Source of the DNA: Amphiscolops sp. MND2022
Lineage: Eukaryota
Reading direction: 5' to 3'
Assembly (NCBI GenBank): GCA_964187785.1
Contig: OZ076410.1
Span: forward strand, 38,688,001 to 38,752,000
DNA: 64,000 nucleotides
Shown: positions 35,794-47,270 of the stretch, piece after piece
Position numbering within the stretch: position 1 is the stretch's first letter
Layout of the letters: every line of letters starts with the position of its first letter
Notes under the pieces: model-generated
The model's database searches: none
The model's input: the letters and a program-made list of their open reading frames with translations, nothing else
Told to the model about the DNA's origin: nothing
Program-made: the position numbers and the translations under genes

Positions 35794-38700
35794 TTGTTTT
35801 TCTTCAATTTGGAAGGTTTTGGCTTGGCATCCACCTCAGACGCATTGGAGTTGTCTTCGAATCATCGGGACAAAGACACACCAACTCGACTTAGTGAAGG
35901 TCAGGGAGATGATGTTCTGGCGATACTGTTAGACCTACTGCGACTAGGAGTAGTACCACCTGACTCTACAACCACTCTCTGAGCTCGAAGGACAGACTTC
36001 TTATAGGCAGCTTCAAGTTTTCCTCGCAGTGCACTTCTTCGAGGGCCATAGCCCTTAAGAAAATTCCAAATTGAAAACTTTTTGTCAGTCAACAACTCCT
36101 GACCGCTTCCCAGCAATCGAAACGCCCGTCCAATCAAGCGCGGATCCCTATATAAACCAGAAACATGTGGAACAGTAAGGTAAGAGTGTTGCAAACTGGT
36201 CACGCACGATTGAAACATCTCTCTGTCAGAAAATAAGTCAGGAACTGCCACCTCAAAACGACCAATTCTGCCAACAAATGGCGGTAGGCAGAGACATGCG
36301 TAGCGGAACAAATGAAGGAAATCGGGTCGGTTTTGCAATTCATAAGGCGAGGCAAGCAATTGTACCCAATTGTCGCCTTTCGTAATCGAATCGACTCTTA
36401 GCTTAGTAGTGAAAGAGCAATACTGGCTAACACACTTGACTTTGTCACTAGGAGAAAGCCACCCTGAATCAACAAAATACAATGCAAGCTTCTCCACCGC
36501 ATTAATTTAATGTCTCTCGGGCCCATCCATCATCACAGCAAAGTCGAACGATGATAATTCACGGATCAAATCGGAGCTAACAAGCTCGTGTTTTAACAAA
36601 ATTATACTGAAAGACTTGCAGAAAACAATTGACTGATCTATAAGCTTGCTCGGTCGTGGCAATTTGCTAGCGATTTCCAAGTTGTGAAAATCAACATTTA
36701 ACACAAATTCGGAAGCAGTCTTAAATGGGAGATCAGGCTTATCCAAATCAAGGAGTAAATAGCCGTCCCAGTCTGAAATACTTCCTAGAGTTTGGCCAGG
36801 TAGAATGTTTTGCAGTTGACTGTACAGTAAAACAGCAAACTTGTTCAACAATCGGAATCCACTATCCATTTGATCTTGTAGCTCGGAGAAGGCTGAATTA
36901 CCTGGAACAAATGACATAAGATCAAACAAATTTTCAACAGTTATCAAACAAACGAAAGCTACCACATTAAGAATACTGGAAAAATGCATTATACTCCATT
37001 CTACAAGTCGATGCAAGAAGGAGATATGCTACGAAAAGGAAAACCCCTTGAATACACGTTAATTCACGAGTTAAAATGTAACGAGTTTACGTCATACTGC
37101 GGAATTTGTTACTAAACACATATAAACACGTGCGAAAATAGTATGCGTCATTACACAGTTCGATGTGTTATGAATATACGCCACAGTGCGGGTTCATATG
37201 AAAGAACTTAACAACACTATGTGAGACGAGTTATACTGTTCATATGCCACTGCACGGATCCAATTGGAAACAGTATCCACGCGGAACAAAACATGGTGAC
37301 TATACGTCATTATGCGGTTATTGCATCATGAAAAGCGAATCATAGTGGTAACGTACCTTTATGAGGAACGAGATATGATCGCTATACATCGTTATGCGGT
37401 TACCACAGCATAGAGAACCAGCTATGGTGATAACACACCATTATGCGGAACAAAGTACGATCTTTGTGCATCATTATGCGTTTCCAGCATAAAGGAAGAT
37501 GAATCATAATGCTAGTACGTCGTTATACGGAACAAAGTTTAATGACTATACGTCAGTATGCGCAAAAAGAGTAATCCTACATAATAAGCATGCGAAACTA
37601 ATTTAGAATGAGTATGTGACTACACGGGTTGATCTCAAGAAGTTACACTCTACCATGCGGTCCGAACTTGTGGAAAAGGTCATAAACAACTCTACAATTA
37701 TATCGCGTGATGCAGAACATTAACAACATTTCATGGAATAAACCTATCATTTTTCCCGACTAAGATCCTTTACCCAAATGAAAAAAAATAAATTATTGAA
37801 AACAAGAAGCAGAAAAGGTTGGGAATAGGCCCTACTAGAAATCATGGGAGAATGCAGGTTATTATGAAGCTAACACCGAACAAAAGACGAAGCTTAGTCC
37901 GTATTGCAAAAGCTTTCTTTTCTTCGGAATAGAGATAAGAGAAAGATAACTTAAAATGATCTATCACACACCGGATGATGAATAATCGGGCAAGATAAAC
38001 TGTGTCTAGCCTAAAGCATTTGTCTAGGGTGTTCGGCTAAAAGTACAGAAAGATAAAATAAGATGAAACAAGAGCATCTTAGTGTTCTTGAAAGAAAACC
38101 AACCTCTCTCATATGGAATTGGAAGACAGGCAGTCGTGAGACCTGATTGAGATGTTATCTAACCTGATCTCAATTAGCAGATAGCTGCTCGATGATGATG
38201 GAAGCTTCGCCTAAGGAGTATTCGAGTTTGATAACGCACTAAAGGACAAGATTAATAAGCGTCTGAGTTTGCCAACCCTAACAAGGTCACAAAGAGGAAA
38301 TTTTACCTTTTGCAGAGGTGGCAACAATTGAAACCAGTCCCGATCGAGGGCCGTTCGGAGCTTCATCACGAGATTTATCAGAGAGAGTCAATTATGGAGC
38401 GGAAATCATGCCTCTCGATGATCTGAGTCGTAAGCATTTCGAGGCTTTTCTCAAATTCGTCAGGCCCAAAGGTTTTGACGAGTCAGGGTCGCCGAGTCCC
38501 AGGTAATTTTGAAATCAAAGAACCGCCCAATTTATCTTTAACTCCCGGGGAGACTGATAGAGGAGGAAGATTGTTCAAACAGCTCGAAAATGAAGAGATT
38601 AGGTCTAGAATACGTCGAGGCACTAAAATTCCTCGAGGTCCAGTTCCAATGCACACCCGCTAAAGGACGTTCCCTGTCCAAAGGCGCACGAACAAGAGAG

Positions 38701-40661
38701 TTAGTTTTGGGTCGTGCTGCAGAGTAACTGAATAAACACCACTAGACGAAATAGCAGTCACACAGTAGTTCACTAGTTCACGGAACATGTACACAAGAAT
38801 TTCCTGAGAACAAAATTGGACTTGTGAAGATTGGTGAACGATAGGATGACGAACAAAATTTATGAGTGAAGGTTAGTTTTCTATATTACTATATGGAGGA
38901 ATGTACTTACAAAAACGCGACGGTCACTCCAGTTGCTCGACGTAGTTTGCTGGGCACTGGGGAGGTGTCGTATAAGCTCATCATGGACTCCAGTTAAACT
39001 ATTGAGATGGCCCCAAATCGCAGTCCAAATTCGAGAACGCAAGTTTGCGACAACACTTCTTCTGAAAGGCTGGTGCTACTACTTAGATCGGGTACTGAGG
39101 CCTGGATTACGAAAGGTTGGCATGTGTCAAGCTGCAAAGCTATTGGATAGGTGTTCTTGGCTTTTCTTTTAGCCTCACTGAGCAGTACTCCTTGCAATTC
39201 CTTTTCTTCTCTATCAAAGAGATGCATTCCGGTGATATCCATGCGGATCCGGTGTTCCTTTAATAAATGGGTTTCAGTTCGATGATGAGATACCAATTCT
39301 AGAACTCCTCTGCTCATTAGCGACAACTCCACTTTACAAACCCTACACCACCACTTTTAGGGGGTTTTCTCCTCATCAAGGGGCCCGGTGGCTGAAAACT
39401 TTAACACAGGGTATTTTCGAAACATGTTGGTTTTTAGTGAGTATTTGGGTCTTTGTCTTTTTCACGTACAGTAGGAGACCCTTCAGTTGACGGGTAGAGC
39501 ATCAAAGGCACTCCAGATTCTATGGCAGTGGTGGAGTTGAGGACGTTCAATGTGCACCCTTGTCCTCCCACGGGCTTCTCGGTGATCATTATTGGGATGG
39601 GCTGGTTCCACTCAGTTCCCCCGCTTTGCAATGAGGTTGATGGGATTCGATCCAAAACTCGTGTTGAAGTGAGTATCTCGTTTCGTGTGAAATTGATTCT
39701 CCCAGGATTCTCATAAAGAGGGCTCATCTCTTCATCAATTACAAGGTTTTGATTTGAAGTGATAGAAAAGTTGACTAGATCAGCTGCCCCAGTTTCTACA
39801 GTGTCATATTGCGGCGAAACCACTTCATCATCATGTGAACGATCGAGTATGTACCGACTGACAGGGGAAGATAACATGCGAGAACCCTCAGCTGCCATAA
39901 TCCCTTCCAAAAGTTCTTGAGATTTCTCTTCCTGAAGCGTATTCATGGTTGTAGGGGTGGTCTCGCAAGCTTGTGTTTGATGGAGGTCAGGTTGAGTAAC
40001 TTCCGGAAGTTGTTCAACGAATTGTTCAATCCCCTCGCAACTCTGATGAAGGACAATTACAGATGAATCGTCGTCTGGAATGGAAGGACAGACTCCTGCA
40101 CCCTCACCAATTGGGGTTTTGGAGACAAGAATTTTCTCTTCGTTAGAAGGGGGTGGATCAGAAGTAGATGAACCAGGATTACTCGTTTGTGGCACAGGCG
40201 AAACCACTTCTAAGGGAGTATACACTTTCGTAGGAGATCTTCCTGGAGATCTTTCTGTTGCTCCAAGTTCAACTGAAACAATTGAACCGATACAGTACAA
40301 GTCCAATGAAATGGTTCTATGAGGGACAACCGTTTTTAGTTTACCGGAAGAGAAAAGCGGAAATATATCTAAATCGGAAGTCGAAAAAATCCAAATCGGA
40401 AGTCAATACGCTTCCACCAACACAAATGATAGCTATTGTTAGACACTAGCGTCAAAATAGATGTTAGCCTGGCCAGCTGTCCATCTTTGAAAAATTACCG
40501 ATCGGGAAACAAAGTTAAACAGAAGCAAAACTTCATTCGGAAGAGTAAAATGAGTTGAACTTACACGGAGTAGATGCAGAAGGAGATTTGAAGCCCCAAG
40601 AAGTTAAATGTTTACGTGACAGCATGTCCTTTCGAGTTTTCCGCTTTGAATTGGAATCCAT
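35794..40661 (-). pseudogene. E2 antisense spliced accessory gene, homologue of E1 1797..6156
   Basis: WWCRVCKVELSLMSRGVLELVSHHRTETH at 39267..39347 aligns with the E1 finger; minus-strand splice sites (donors 40564 GTAAGT, 38910 GTAAGT, ~38306 GTAAAA; acceptor 38728 TTATTCAG); C-terminal ORFs 36507..37016 and 35901..36497; Ser/Thr/Pro-rich ORF 39434..40306. Exon model incomplete. Confidence 0.78.
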
Positions 40662-41370
40662 TTTTCACACAAGCGAACGAGGCAAGTGGTGGATGAATGT
40701 CTATAATTTTCCAAACGGTAGAAATAAACTATAGTAATCAAAATGAGCGAAAAACAAATGAGGCTCCTGGATAGGATCGAGTAAGAGAAGAAGAGATTAA
40801 TAAAGAAAAGCAAAACTTCATTCGGAAGAGTAAAATGAGTTGAACTTACACGGAGTAGATGCAGAATGAGATTTGAAGCCCCAAGAAGTTAAATGTTTAC
40901 GTGACAGCATGTCCTTTCGAGTTTTCCGCTTTAAATTGGAATCCATTTTTCACACAAGCGAACGAGGCAAGTGGTGGATGAATGTCTAATAACTTCCAAA
41001 CGGTAGCAATAAACTATAAAAATCAAAATGAGCGAAAAACAAATGAGGTTCCTGGATGGGATCGAGTAAGAGAAGAAGAGATTAATAAAGAAAAACAAAA
41101 CTTCATTCGGAAGAGTAAAATGAGTTGAACTTACACGGAGTAGATGCAGAATGAGATTTGAAGCCCCAAGAAGTTAAATGTTTACGTCACAGCATGTCCT
41201 TTCGAGTTTTCCGCTTTGAATTGGAATCCATTTCTCTCACAAGCGAACGAGGCAAGTGGTGGATGAATGTCTAATAAGTTCCAAACGGTAGCAATAAACT
41301 TATAAATCAAAATGAGCGAAAAACAAATGAGGTTCCTGGATAGGATCCAGTAAGAAAAGAAAAGATTAAT
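40522..41370. repeat. 3 x 285-bp tandem repeat inside E2
   Basis: CTTCATTCGGAAGAG at 40531, 40816, 41101. Confidence 0.95.
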
Positions 41371-42814
41371 ATCTGGGACTAACTATTAGGTACAACTGAA
41401 CACTGGTTAAATCACTCAAAGTGGAACAGACTTGAGAAACTGAAGGATAATGAAAGGCGTGGCGTACCAAAACGAGGCAAAGAAGCAAATGAAACACGTA
41501 TTTGCTAAATATACTTGCGAGACCTGAAAACTGACTTGTCAATTAACATGTCAATCATCACTGCCAGAATATTAGAATATTTAATTGACAGCCATACAAT
41601 CGTTTTCGCCTTGGGCGCAAAGTAAGGACAATTGTCCAATACTGATTATATGAATTATAAAACTTACGAGCTGCAAGTATGCGACAACATACGGTTCAGG
41701 CGATGGTAAGAACACGAAAGTATGCGGATTACCGCATACGGTAATATTCGATATGGGGAATAGCGAGCATATGGTAGTATCCAGAACTATTATGAATTTA
41801 TGTGATGCTGCGTGCTGAGCTAAAAATGAGCTTCTGCGGCACAATGCCGACATAATATGAATGTAGACATAGCAAGTTGCGGAATTACAAAGGGGATTAT
41901 GCAACAATATGCGGAAACATGAATACAGCCTATACGACACTATGCGAGGTGATAGGTAAAAGAACATGTGCTAATATAACAACGAGAACAAGTACGCAAC
42001 ATATTGATAACTCAGAAGAATTGCATATGCGGCAACTTATAGTCTCAATGTTAACAAACACACGAAAACATACACAAGGGACGAAGACGAACAAACAAAT
42101 TTTAGCGGATTTTAGCACAACCAAATTTACAAAGTATGCGCATTGGAAAAAGGTGATAACGAACTGACAGACTGGAATTATATGTACAAAATACACAAAA
42201 AAACCAGATCATAAAACTAATTCTCTTTCCATTCTTGCCAAAAATGAGTTGTCATGGGACTGTATTTTATAATAGGAAACTGCGCACTTTTCAAGTGCGG
42301 GACACCCAGTGAAAACAATGTTATTGTCATGTGACTCAAAAAACTCTATAAAATATTGCAATAGTCATGTAGTTTGTTTTCCATGTTGTGATTTTCATTG
42401 ATGTCTTTAGATAAGATTGCATGCAATAAAAGGTTCATTCATATTCACAAAAACCTAAGTCGTGATGATTTTGCTTACGCCTAATTTAAATATCATTGAA
42501 ACAAAACCGACGAAATCAAAGAAATGACCGACAAGAGAAGAGGGGGAAGAACTAACACTTATCTTGTTTATTTACTTTTATGGAAAGAAACTGAAATTTC
42601 ACCTGAAATATGTAAAGATGAAAACTATACGTAGCCCATGAAAGGTACTCCTAAACCCACGCTACCATGACGCTCCGTTTTTTCGCGGGGTTTCAACCAA
42701 ATCGAAGTAAACTGAGAGGAAGACTCATCAAATGGTCCTAATAAATCTACGAGCCAGTCGCCTTTTAAACGCCGAAAATCTGAAATTCATCAAAACTTCA
42801 TTCTAAAACTGAAA

Positions 42815-43792
42815 ATGAATATTCTCCGAAGTAAATCCGATGAGGATTTTCTATACTTCCCAATATCTCCGGATGTTGTAGATAAATTAAGTGACTCTGA
42901 CCTTGCTTTCTTTATTACCTCGGGGAATTTCGGGCAATTAGATGAAATTTTCCGTATTAATCCGGCAGGAAGCAATCTCATGTCAGCTTTCATGGGATCA
43001 ACCATGGCTTCTCTATATCCGGATACGGCCACGACTCTAGAACGAGGCGAGACTGCAGGTACTCCCGAAGCACAACTGGAAAGAGACTTTATAGAGCTGA
43101 TCGAAGGTTCACGAGACAATCAGATATTTTCCACGAACTCATTCAGCGACAGCGAATTCGAGGATGGAAATTTGTTCCCATGGACTACAAATAGTGCCCC
43201 CGAAGAGAACGTGAACAACTATGGTCGCCCCACGGCTCGAGTTCCTCCCATTTTGAGGACGATCACTACTGCTGATGGAATCTTGCCGAGACCGGTCCCA
43301 ACCTATCCTCCCAACGACAGGCCTGAGGTAACGAACTTCCAACACCCTCACCCTGGAGACCCCATGGACCAGGATGCTCGTAGTAAAATCCCACCGTCAC
43401 AGGAAAATACTCAAAATGATGCCAGGGATTTAACCTATCCCCCATGCTCCTCCCCATACCCATAAGGGAAGAGTCACAAGGGGTCCAGCAAATCCCTATG
43501 CAGCATATGATGCAGTTGTACTTCCCTTTCCGCATGGTTCATTGTTCGGACCTCCTCCTGATTCCAGCCCGAGAACTACAAAGCATCAGACTTTTGCGTA
43601 CCGTAATGCCAATCGTAGCGGACCATTGCGACATCTGTGGCAAATGCTATGATCAGATAGCCCTGGAAACGTTAGGCGAATATCTGGTAGCTACGGAATA
43701 CGAAGGCGAGACAGTCTTGGAAAGAGCGATCAAGTCAAGGGCATTCATCCATGGATTTGAAGCTTCATTATTCCTCTTTAAAAATGCGGGAC
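42815..43792 (+). pseudogene. E2 sense-strand extra ORF upstream of PPT (ORFs 42815..43465 and 43444..43836, one frameshift), unknown product
   Basis: Pro/acidic N-terminal half then HCDICGKC...GETVLERAIKSRAFIHGFEASL; homologous tail GTTVQDRSVRSRTFINGFEAAL in E3 at ~17070..17140. Confidence 0.7.
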
Positions 43793-45465
43793 TGTCGCAT
43801 CCATCTAGATGCGATGGTTCCGTAGTGCAGCTGTAGAAGAGGAATGTCTGAAGTAACTTAATCAACAAACTTTTTGGACTCCAATAAAACACTTTCAGAT
43901 TATACCTTTTGATGTCATGTAAATTGTTTATTTATTTCATCTTGATAAACTTGTTTTTGGACCTGTGTTTGGTCGCCCTATCCATGTAAAAACCTATTCA
44001 TAACTGAAACTCGTGCTGAAAAGTTACATAAACGTGATTAACTTTCAATTTTTGATTTCCATAATACGTAATCATACTACAATTAGGTCAGCGAATAAGC
44101 GTCAATGAGCGTTTTACAAACACTAAAAACACGTCACTATGCATAAAATAACCTTGCGAATACGCGTCGTTATGCGCAAAATGGTTTCCTGAAAATACGT
44201 CAACATACGCGTTTTAGATATACGTCAATATGCGTTTTTAGATAAACAGTATATACGGTAATAAACGTTTTTTCACCAAGTACCTCATACGCAATCTTGC
44301 TGTTTGAACAACAACGAATATGCGTAACCATACCTTTTTCAGAGAAACACAGTGCATTACTATACGAATTAAATCGTTATGAATATACACTATTGTTTGC
44401 TTTTGATAATAATGTTCATTTACACCGTACGTCATCCTACGTATAGCTCAAGGTATAGTGTATATGCGGTTATGCGTTTTCCAGCTAGAAGTGCAATAAT
44501 TGAGTGTCTTGTAGTTTACTTCATTTGTACTGCTCAAAATGTAATTTTACAGTGTCTTTCTATTGCATTCAGTCCGTTCAATCGTATTTGTGTCATCATG
44601 GAAGTGATATAAATAGGATGATGTAAAATGACGTTGTTCTATCTTTAGTTTTCCAGGCTTTTATGACACCTGTAAAATGATTGTAATTCTTTATATTTTC
44701 TTGAAAAGGAGAATTAGAAAAGGAGAGACACAAGAAAAATAACTTCTACCACAAGCAGTTGATACATTTCGTCGTGATCTTGTGAACTTTTCTTCAACTT
44801 TCATCATTTCTCCCAATTTTGGTTTTCAATTTGGACGACATAATTCAAATTCTTCCCCAGCAAACCTAACAATTTTACAATTTTCTATTGAGCGAGATGG
44901 GAAATAAGAGGAACAGAAGGTCGAGAAGGCAGGAACTCCTGTCTCCTGGAGGAGAAGAAAACAGGAATAGGGCTGATTCCTCAGAAACAGGTAATATAAC
45001 TTCAACTAAGTCTAACTTGAATGTTGAAGAAACTTCAGGTGAATCTTACTTGGAACATCGCCTGGTTGAACCTAGCCAAATCAGCAATGAAATTAGAGCT
45101 TGGACTGAGATTTTCGAGCAGATGAATGATGATAGAAAATCGAAAATGAGAGAAGAGATGGAGAATAAACCAGATGCTATTTTGAAAAAAATAAATCAAA
45201 CAGAAGTCTCTCTACAGTTACGAATCCTTAGTCTGAAGTGAATGAAGCCAACGATATGCATCCCTCAGGGTCCAAAAGTAAAGGGTCTATAGGTGTTAAC
45301 GCATTCAATACTAAAAATTCAGAATCAGAAGATGAGGTTTATCCTCTTAAGGCCTCTGAAATGAAAGACGACCTGCGACGCCCTGCTAAGCCTTTTTTCC
45401 GAAGTGAAACAGATTTGGACGCCACATTAGTTCGAACGAGGATTCAGATGAGGAGGATTATCGTA
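43793..45465 (+). repeat. E2 3' LTR (1673 bp)
   Basis: Starts TGTCGCATCC, ends GATTATCGTA (CA mutated), followed by TSD GCCAT. Confidence 0.9.
44897..45465 (+). CDS. LTR-embedded ORF of E2 (MGNKRNRRSRR...SDEEDY), frameshifted, probable Gag N-terminal extension
   Basis: ORFs 44888..45241 and 45238..; homologues at 33316, 15419, 18099. Confidence 0.65.
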
Positions 45466-46139
45466 GCCATGTTCCCAAGAAAAATTATATTGCAAAATCC
45501 TATTTGGCCAGAAAAAAATCTGAAAGGAAGTCAACAAATATCAACATTTTTGCAGATTTATATTGTTAGTCATTAAAATTTTCTGTTAGGAAGGTTTAAA
45601 ATTTGATTGAAGAGACTATGCTGTTGGGATGCACTGATTTAATTGTTCTATCAATTGCAAAACCGTCGCCACAACGGTGTCACAAAAGCCTCGAGCTGCC
45701 TCTTTACCCAAACCGTGCAGTGACTGCCGTTTCCAGCAGTAATAGGGCTGCTGAAAGAGGCTCAAAGAAAGGCGGAGATATGAATTCACAAAAAATTTCC
45801 GGATTTCTTAGTGTTCCCTGTGTAACATTTCGATAGTGGCTTTGGACGTTTGAGACCATTTTTCTCTGTCTCTGGAATCGACAGGAGTGATCCAATTTGT
45901 CGGTAAAGTCCAGGTTTGAGCGTTCCAACTATTGTAAAGTTCATGTATTATCGTGGATAGAAAAAAATATCGTCGAAAAAGGTCCGCTGGGTTTCGAAAT
46001 AAAAGTTAAAATCTTGATATTCCGAAAGACTGCCTCATGCAGATTTGGAAATCAAAACGATTGTGTTTACAAAAAATCTTTTAACAACATTCCACAAATG
46101 CGAATTCGCGTAAATGTTTTTCTGAGAGAATAAAAGAGA

Positions 46140-47270
46140 CATGTCTCCAGCCAGAAAGGTGAGTCGAAATTGACTGTCAATCAACTAGCGGTCAAACTTA
46201 TCAAAAGAACACCCAATTGCTAATCAGAAAGGGTGATACTAGACAGAACGATGCGGAACAAAGCAAAAATACTTATTTGATCAATAAGGTGATAGACATC
46301 ATCGAAAACACTTTCAACTGTTTGTTTACTTAGTTAAATGCGTAAAATTTCTAAAGAAGAGTTTTTGGGCGAATGATTTCTCCGTTAAAAATTGACATTT
46401 CAACTTTTGTTCATTTCGAACTCAAACCGAAAACGTCGTGCATTCATGCTATTGCCTGAATATCCGAGTTTATCAGTGAGCAAATTGTTGGAAAGATGCT
46501 AGGATAAGACAACTCAAAATACCTTTGACAACTCAAATCAAGAAATGTCTTGAGGATCGCCAACAATATGCCAGCATGAATGGCAAGATAACTGGAAGGC
46601 TTCATCTGAAAAAAGGGCTGCCACAAGGAGCTGTCCTGGGCCGTTTCTTTGGGGGCACTGTTGCTCAATTCGTAACATCATTGGGTTGATTTTAAAAGTT
46701 TATATTTCCTACACTTTATTTATCCATGAAACCAGGGACGCGAAGTTCCATATATGCGGAAGACAGAGCAACACTTCCAATATGATTAACTAAACAAGAT
46801 CTGAACTACTTGAGGGCTTACCATGAAACCAACGGCCTGAAAACGAACCATGACAAAAATGTAAGCTGTATCTCTTACCTGAATACCGATTCTTTAAATC
46901 AAATGCGTGACCCACAATGAAATGGTGTGAACATCAAACACAACGCTGGACCTCAACACCTCGAAACCCTAGATGGGAAAATCAATTACCAGTAACATTG
47001 CTCGAACATTATGACAAAAATTCATTCAAAAAACTACCTACTGTTGAAATTGGTAAACTGTAGATGTGGGCGAGTTCACGTGTAATAAGGACAAAGGCCT
47101 TGGTTCTGTTTTATTCAGTGGTACAATCGACCCGAACCAATCTCGAACGGTTTACGTGGAAGTGCCTCACCAGAATGAGGAGACTGAATGGAAGAGCCTA
47201 TAGGCAACATTCCCCAAAGTACCATGCAAGATAAGATCTGTCACGCAGGCTGGCGACAATTCTACCGCTG
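46140..47270 (+). mobile_element. Decayed non-LTR retrotransposon (LINE) reverse transcriptase remnant
   Basis: GLPQGAVLG at 46615..46641, IYAED (YADD-like) at 46753, then DLNYL...NGLKTN; many stops; boundaries approximate. Confidence 0.7.

Larger units (their letters stand above)
32223..45465 (+). mobile_element. Gypsy element E2, deleted for PBS-gag-PR-RT-RNaseH
   Basis: 5' LTR 32223..33854, 3' LTR 43793..45465, perfect TSD GCCAT (32218..32222, 45466..45470), integrase 33829..35607. Confidence 0.92.

Noticed and set aside
42815-43836. env gene at the usual env position of E2
   Set aside because: No signal peptide, furin site or transmembrane anchor.
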